This document shows, piece by piece, positions 7,225 through 15,370 of a stretch of DNA of 15,370 nt. Each line of letters starts with the position of its first letter. The first letter of the stretch is position 1. The notes beneath the pieces were generated by a model, which saw only the letters and a program-made list of their open reading frames with translations, made no database searches and was not told the DNA's origin. The translations under genes and the position numbers were made by a program. This DNA comes from Gemmatimonadota bacterium (lineage in GTDB: Bacteria; Gemmatimonadota; Gemmatimonadetes; Gemmatimonadales; Gemmatimonadaceae): contig JANMLN010000155.1 of the NCBI GenBank assembly GCA_031372565.1, forward strand, positions 1 through 15,370, written 5' to 3'.

Positions 7225-7252
7225 TTGCCGACGCGTGGGGCAGCGGTATCTT
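7225..7252 (+). promoter_or_regulatory. Candidate sigma-70 promoter for the acyl-CoA ligase
   Basis: TTGCCG-N16-TATCTT in the 96-bp gap between the dehydrogenase and the ligase. Confidence 0.5.
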
Positions 7253-7307
7253 CGCGGCCACTCGCCAGCGCGCGCTGGCATCCGCTCTCCCTCCACCGGA
7301 CGACCCC

Positions 7308-8930
<1,623 letters not shown>

Positions 8931-8938
8931 CGGCGCGC

Positions 8939-8980
8939 CGACGCCACCGCATGGACCGTGCTCAGCCGGCGGTGGCGTCG
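8939..8980. repeat. 12-bp inverted repeat at the convergent ligase/AKR junction (possible terminator or 3' stabiliser)
   Basis: CGACGCCACCGC (8939-8950) and GCGGTGGCGTCG (8969-8980), with an 18-nt spacer containing the AKR stop codon. Confidence 0.55.
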
Positions 8981-10005
8981 TTCAAGTTGTAGCGGATGAT
9001 GCCGGCGTGCGGTGACGCCGGATCGCGCTCGGCCGCGTACACCTCGCCGGTCGGGCCGGTCGCGTCGGCGAACGCATCCGCGATCCCGGCGCGATCATCG
9101 TCGTCGAGCACGAGATCGAGCGTGCGGAGCGTGGCCGTCGCGCTCTCGGCCGAGCGCAGTCCGACGATCACCGCGCCGACTGCAGGTTGATCGAGCACCC
9201 AGCGCTGCGCCACGTTCGCGACGTGCACACCGTGTCGCGCCGCGATGGCACGCAGCGCGCCGAGGCGCCGCTGGAACGGCTCCCACCCGCCAGCGTCCTC
9301 GATGATCAGGCGGTACTTGACGAGGGAGCGGTTCTCGAGCGCCGCGGTCGGCGACGCCACGCCGATCCACCGTTCGCTGAGGAAGCCACCCGCCACGGCG
9401 CCGTAGCAGAGCAGGTGGAACCCGCGGGCCGTGGCCAGGGCCGCGAGGGAGGCTGCGGGGCGCCGATCGAGCAGCGAGTACTGGATCTGCGTGCTCACGA
9501 GCGGGACGCCTGCGTCGAGGATCGCCTGCGTGTGGACGGTGTCCGTGTTGGTCAGCGCCAGGTGGCGGATCTTGCCCGCGCGGCGCAGCGCATCAAGCCA
9601 CTGCGCGGTCTCGACCATCCCGGGCACGTCGTAGCGCCACCAGTGGAACTGCACGAGATCGAGCGCGTCGCCCCCCAATCGCTCGAGGGAGCGGTCGATG
9701 ATGCGCTCGACGTACGCGCGATCGATCGTCGCGAGGGCGTCGCGGTCCGGCACGAACTTGGTGTGCACCTGCACGCGGCGGCCCGGTCGCGCGCGACGGT
9801 AGTCGCCGATCAAGGCCTCCACGCCGGTGTAGATGTCGGCGCAGTCGAGCGTGTCGAGGCCGCGCTCGGTGAGCTGATCCCACATGGCGAACAGCGCGTC
9901 GCGCTCGGGGCGCGTGGCCGAGTGCCCGTCGGAGAGCTGCCATCCGCCAATGATGACGGGCGGGATGTCGTAGCCTGGTGCGAGGGTGGTGCGTGCCGCG
10001 GTCAT
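8962..10005 (-). CDS. Aldo/keto reductase (347 aa)
   Basis: GGWQL and a complete catalytic tetrad: DCADIY (Asp, Tyr), VHTK (Lys), DLVQFHWW (His). Also GKIRHLALTN, QIQYSLLDRRP and YGAVAGGFL. ATG 10005 overlaps the upstream stop (ATGA). Confidence 0.95.
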   Translation of the reverse strand: MTAARTTLAPGYDIPPVIIGGWQLSDGHSATRPERDALFAMWDQLTERGLDTLDCADIYTGVEALIGDYRRARPGRRVQVHTKFVPDRDALATIDRAYVERIIDRSLERLGGDALDLVQFHWWRYDVPGMVETAQWLDALRRAGKIRHLALTNTDTVHTQAILDAGVPLVSTQIQYSLLDRRPAASLAALATARGFHLLCYGAVAGGFLSERWIGVASPTAALENRSLVKYRLIIEDAGGWEPFQRRLGALRAIAARHGVHVANVAQRWVLDQPAVGAVIVGLRSAESATATLRTLDLVLDDDDRAGIADAFADATGPTGEVYAAERDPASPHAGIIRYNLNDATAG

Positions 10006-10349
10006 GACGCTCCGCCCAGCGGTTCGCCCGATTCGTCGGAGTGGCGCAACGTCCGCGTTCCGGTGCGCGAGATGCGGAACACCGCACCGCAGTGCACGTC
10101 GGGGCAGGCGATGTCGCTGTCGGTGGTCATCCAGTCGTTCGGAGCTGTCGGTCGCTGCTTGGCCGGCAGGAGCGGGAGCAGCGCGGCCATCGCGAAGAGG
10201 GGCCAGCCTTGCCCGGGCGGCATCGTGATCGTGCCCGACTGCACCTCGAAGTAGTCGCCGATCGCCTCGCGGCACATCATGCGACCGCGGTTGGCGACGA
10301 CTTCGACGCGCAGGTCGTACAGCTCGAATTGATCGGGAGCGGTGCTCAC
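10002..10349 (-). CDS. TIGR04076 family Cys-containing protein (115 aa)
   Basis: FELYDLRVEV...C...GDYFE...LLPLLPAKQR...DWM..D..IACPD..CGA.FRI.R pattern. GTG start preceded by GGAGG. Stop overlaps the AKR start. Confidence 0.85.
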   Translation of the reverse strand: MSTAPDQFELYDLRVEVVANRGRMMCREAIGDYFEVQSGTITMPPGQGWPLFAMAALLPLLPAKQRPTAPNDWMTTDSDIACPDVHCGAVFRISRTGTRTLRHSDESGEPLGGAS

Positions 10350-10414
10350 GGAACCTCCGGTCGGGGCGGTAGCTTGTGCGCCATCCTAACCGGGGCGGAA
10401 GCGGAGTGGCAACA

Positions 10415-11830
10415 GTGGCATCGGGTGAGTCGACACCGCTCGGCGTGCACGGCGGGACGTGGGGGGTGCTGGCCCCCTTCGCGCTCTTTCTCGCCGGGGT
10501 GAGTTGGCTCGGGCTCTCGGGCGCGCCGGATGAGCGCGGCTTCTGGCCGATTCTGCTGGGCGCGATCATGCTCGCGCTGGCGCTCGCCACCGATCGCCGC
10601 GCGACGATCACCGTGATCCTGGCCGGCATGAGCCAGCCGCTGGTGGCGCTCATGGTGATGGCGTGGATGAGCGCCGGGGTGCTCGGGAACCTGCTCGGCG
10701 CGAGCGGACTGATCGCCTCGCTGGTGGGGCTCGCCAAGGCGGCGCATCTGGAGGGCGGCGCGTACACGGCGGCGGCGTTCGCGGTGGGGGCGCTCATGTC
10801 CACCAGCACGGGCACGAGTCTCGGGACCATTCTCATTGCGGGCCCGGTGCTGTATCCAGCGGGCGGCGCGCTCGGTGCCGATCCGGCGATGTTGGCCGGT
10901 GCAATCCTCGGCGGCGCCACGTTCGGCGATTCGATCTCGCCCGTGTCCGACACGACGATCGCGAGCAGCAGCACGCAGGACGCGGACATCGGCGGCACCG
11001 TGCGGCGGCGCATGTTGTACGCGGTGCCCGCCGGCATCGTGGCGCTCGTGGTGTTTGCCGTGTGGGGCGGGGCACCGCATGCGGGTTCTCCGGCCGCCGC
11101 CGCCCCGTCCATCGATACGGCGCACTCCGGTCCCTCGTATCTGCCGTTGCTCATGCTCCTCGTGCCGGCGTTCGTGATCACCCTGCTGCTCAACAAGCGG
11201 CACATGCTCGAGGGGCTGCTCGCGGGGATCGTGTTTGCCTGCGTGCTGGCGCTCGCTCTGGGACTTCTCGCGCCGCACCAGCTGCTCTACATCGACGCGA
11301 CGCGTTTTGGCGCGCGCGGACTGATCGTCGAGGGGATGGAGCGTGGGGTCGGTGCGTCCGTGTTCACCATCCTGCTCATGGGGCTGGCCGCGACGCTCGA
11401 CGCGAGCGGCATGCTCGCACGCGTGGTGGCGTTCGCGCAGGCACGCACGCGCACGGCGCGCGATGCGGAGTGGTGGATCGTGGGCGCGATGAGCGCGGCC
11501 GTGCTGCTCACGACGCACTCGGTGGTGGCGATCCTCACCGTGGGTCGCTTCGCGAAGGAGGCCGGCAGCCGCGTCGGGCTCGGGGCGTATCGACGAGCGA
11601 ACCTGCTGGATGTGACCGCGTGTACCTGGCCGTTCCTGCTGCCGTTCTTCATTCCCACCATTCTGGTGGCGAGCGTGACGGCGAGTGGGGCGGCGTTCGG
11701 CATGCCGCGCGTGAGCGCGCTCAGTGCGGGACTGGCGAACGTGTACTCGTGGGGGCTGCTCGGGATGCTGCTGTGGGCGGTGGCGAGCGGGATGGGACGG
11801 GAGGGGTCGACCGGCCCGTCGTCGTCGTGA
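10415..11830 (+). CDS. NhaC-family (Na+/H+ antiporter / amino acid-amine transporter) membrane protein
   Basis: About 11-12 hydrophobic segments; family motifs STGTSLGT and GAILGGATFGDSISPVSDTTIASS. GTG 10415 chosen because GGAG lies 8 nt upstream (alternative starts 10406, 10376). Confidence 0.88.
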   Translation: MASGESTPLGVHGGTWGVLAPFALFLAGVSWLGLSGAPDERGFWPILLGAIMLALALATDRRATITVILAGMSQPLVALMVMAWMSAGVLGNLLGASGLIASLVGLAKAAHLEGGAYTAAAFAVGALMSTSTGTSLGTILIAGPVLYPAGGALGADPAMLAGAILGGATFGDSISPVSDTTIASSSTQDADIGGTVRRRMLYAVPAGIVALVVFAVWGGAPHAGSPAAAAPSIDTAHSGPSYLPLLMLLVPAFVITLLLNKRHMLEGLLAGIVFACVLALALGLLAPHQLLYIDATRFGARGLIVEGMERGVGASVFTILLMGLAATLDASGMLARVVAFAQARTRTARDAEWWIVGAMSAAVLLTTHSVVAILTVGRFAKEAGSRVGLGAYRRANLLDVTACTWPFLLPFFIPTILVASVTASGAAFGMPRVSALSAGLANVYSWGLLGMLLWAVASGMGREGSTGPSSS

Positions 11831-11839
11831 GCGCCGACG

Positions 11840-11944
11840 TCACCGAAACAGCGCAGCGCTCCGTACCATCACTTGCATGACCCCCCACGCCGCCGGTACC
11901 AAGACCACCGTCCACGCCAGCGCCACCTTCACGCGTTCGCTCAT
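11840..11944 (-). CDS. 34-aa single-TM micro-protein, putative MFS transporter small subunit
   Basis: Manual translation MSERVKVALAWTVVLVPAAWGVMQVMVRSAALFR*. ATG overlaps the MFS stop (ATGA) and GGGAG lies 7 nt upstream. It fills the gap almost exactly. The AW..V..P..WGV...ALF pattern resembles small proteins I recall downstream of OFA transporters. Confidence 0.82.
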   Translation of the reverse strand: MSERVKVALAWTVVLVPAAWGVMQVMVRSAALFR

Positions 11945-13299
11945 GCCGCCACTCCCGGATCAACGAAGTGGTGTCGTGCATCCACCGCGCGCACGGCGAG
12001 GTTGCACGCAAAGCCCGCGACCAGCAGCCCCGCCATCACGTAGAGCGTCGTCGAGTAGGCCTCGGCGGCAGCGACCCCCCGCGCGAGCTGCCACTCGCGC
12101 AGGTAGTTGACCAGGACCGGGCCCAGCACCCCCGCAGTCGACCAGGCCGTGAGCAAGCGCCCGTGGATCGCTCCGACGTGCATGACGCCGAACAGGTCGC
12201 GCAGGTAGGCCGGAATCGTGGCGAAGCCGCCGCCGTACATGCTCATGATGACGGCGTACGCCGCGACGAACAGCGGGACGCTGCCACTGCGTCCGATGCT
12301 CGGTACGGCCGCATAGAGCACCGCGCCCAGCGCGAAGTACACCGCGTAGGTGCGCGACCGCCCGATCACGTCGGACAGCGACGACCACACGAATCGGCCC
12401 GCCATGTTCGCCAGCGAGAGCAACCCGACGAACCCGGCCGCCGCTGCGGGCCCGATCCTGCCCACGAACATTTCCTGAATCATCGGGCTCGCGGCTCCCA
12501 GCACGCCGATGCCCGCCGTCACGTTCAGGCAGAGTACTCCCCACAGCAGCCAGAACTGCGGCGTCCGGAGCACCCGATCCACGTGTACGTCCGGTCCGGC
12601 CGCACGCGCCGCGGCGCGCGGCATGCGCCCGCCGGGTGCATAGCCCGGAGGTGGGAGGCGTACCGTGAACACGCCGAACATCATGAAGACGAAATAGACC
12701 GCGCCCATGACGGCCATGGCTGGCGCGACCCCCGTGCTGGTGGCCGACTTGAACTGCTCCATGAGCAGCACGGCGAGCGGCGAGCCGATCATGGCGCCTC
12801 CACCGAATCCCATGATCGCCATGCCGGTGGCCATGCCCGGTCGGTCGGGAAACCACTTGAGCAGCGTGCTCACGGGCGCGATGTAGCCAAGGCCCAGGCC
12901 GATGCCACCGATCACCCCGTATCCGACGGCCAAGAGCCAGAACTGGTGCAGCGCGACCCCCACCGACCCGATCATGAGCCCGCCACAGAAGCACACGGCG
13001 GACGCGAACATCGCCTTGCGGGGCCCGGCGCCCTCGAGCCAGCGCCCGAACGTGAACGCCGACAGGCCGAGGCACACGATGGCGATCGAGAAGACCCAGC
13101 CGATGGTGGAGAGCTTCCAGTCATCGGGCAGGCTCGTCGTGACCCCCAGCTGCCGGGACAGAGGCAGGTTGAAGACGCTGAAGGCGTACGCCTGACCGAT
13201 CGCCAGGTGGATGGCCAGCGCCGCTGGCGGTACCCTCCAACGGCTGAAGCCGGGAGGTGCGACAGTGCGGGCGCGATCAAGAAGGGGAAGCGAGGCCAT
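11941..13299 (-). CDS. OFA-family MFS transporter (oxalate/formate antiporter or monocarboxylate transporter-like, 452 aa)
   Basis: 12-TM profile with motifs HLAIGQAYAFSVF, GLGLGYIAPVSTLLKWFPDRPGMATGMAIMGFGGG, GRFVWSSLSDVIGR and YGGGFATIPAYLRDLFG. Confidence 0.95.
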   Translation of the reverse strand: MASLPLLDRARTVAPPGFSRWRVPPAALAIHLAIGQAYAFSVFNLPLSRQLGVTTSLPDDWKLSTIGWVFSIAIVCLGLSAFTFGRWLEGAGPRKAMFASAVCFCGGLMIGSVGVALHQFWLLAVGYGVIGGIGLGLGYIAPVSTLLKWFPDRPGMATGMAIMGFGGGAMIGSPLAVLLMEQFKSATSTGVAPAMAVMGAVYFVFMMFGVFTVRLPPPGYAPGGRMPRAAARAAGPDVHVDRVLRTPQFWLLWGVLCLNVTAGIGVLGAASPMIQEMFVGRIGPAAAAGFVGLLSLANMAGRFVWSSLSDVIGRSRTYAVYFALGAVLYAAVPSIGRSGSVPLFVAAYAVIMSMYGGGFATIPAYLRDLFGVMHVGAIHGRLLTAWSTAGVLGPVLVNYLREWQLARGVAAAEAYSTTLYVMAGLLVAGFACNLAVRAVDARHHFVDPGVAA

Positions 13300-13403
13300 G
13301 ACGGGCGGAATCGTACCGCCGGGGACGGTCCAAGCGCGACCGCCCACCCGAGAGGGTAGGAGACGGTCACCGACTTGCGACGTCGGGTCACACCGCGTGT
13401 CCA

Positions 13404-15044
<1,641 letters not shown>

Positions 15045-15146
15045 CGATGCGGGCGCCGATATTGCGATTCGCCGTACCAGCGAGCATATCGTACGGGAAC
15101 GTGTGTTTCACCGAACGCGGCTGCGCGCCGCAGGGATGTCTGGCGG

Positions 15147-15370
15147 ATGAGTGATTCAGCATTTTCTCGGCGTGCCTTCATGGCGGCAGCGGCGGGAGTC
15201 GGCGGTGCCTTTCTGGTCACCGGCTGGGCGGAGGCTGCGGAAGCGGCGGAGCGCTCGCTGGAGGAGGCCACGGTGCAGGGGCGAGCCCGCTACAAGGTGC
15301 TGACGCAGGAGGAGGCGGCCGACGTGATTGGGCTCACGTCGCAGATCTTCCCGAGCGATGGCACGCCGGG
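15147..15370 (+). CDS. 5' part of a Tat-exported gluconate 2-dehydrogenase subunit 3-family protein (truncated by window edge)
   Basis: Manual translation MSDSAFSRRAFMAAAAGVGGAFLVTGWAEAAEAAERSLEEATVQGRARYKVLTQEEAADVIGLTSQIFPSDGTP. It has a twin-arginine motif (SRRAFM) and the LT..E.......IFP.D.TPG pattern. Open to the window end. Confidence 0.75.
   Translation, partial: MSDSAFSRRAFMAAAAGVGGAFLVTGWAEAAEAAERSLEEATVQGRARYKVLTQEEAADVIGLTSQIFPSDGTP

Noticed and set aside
10006..11205. Apparent 747-aa AKR fusion protein
   Set aside because: The upstream 400 codons overlap the TIGR04076 gene out of frame and the NhaC gene antisense. AKR motifs start after ATG 10005.
15057..15096. Alternative stems after the kinase (CGATAT/ATATCG versus CCGTAC/GTACGG) suggesting a switch-like leader
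   Set aside because: Stems are only 6 bp and match no riboswitch I recognise. Not supportable without covariation data.

Overview
High-GC bacterial chromosomal window with no mobile element, CRISPR array or RNA gene visible. Gene style (PEP-CTERM protein, few Shine-Dalgarno sites) is compatible with Gemmatimonadota, but that is only an inference. In order, it holds a secreted amidase with a CHRD-like tail (-), a 4-TM membrane protein (+), a PEP-CTERM protein behind a sigma-54 promoter and enhancer (+), a Cdd1/McrB-like HhH protein (-), and a DUF5937/ArsR-type regulator (-). The regulator is divergent from a histamine/trimethylamine dehydrogenase-family flavoprotein (+), with a 24-bp operator-like palindrome between them. 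Next come an acyl-CoA ligase (+), a coupled TIGR04076 + aldo/keto reductase pair (-) divergent from an NhaC-family transporter (+), an OFA-family MFS transporter with a 34-aa coupled membrane micro-protein absent from the ORF track (-), a PAS hybrid histidine kinase (+), and the 5' end of a Tat-exported gluconate 2-dehydrogenase subunit 3-like gene (+). The best candidates for undescribed biology are the regulator/operator/amine dehydrogenase switch, the TIGR04076-AKR/NhaC divergon and the MFS micro-subunit. Family assignments come from recalled motifs; no database search was run.
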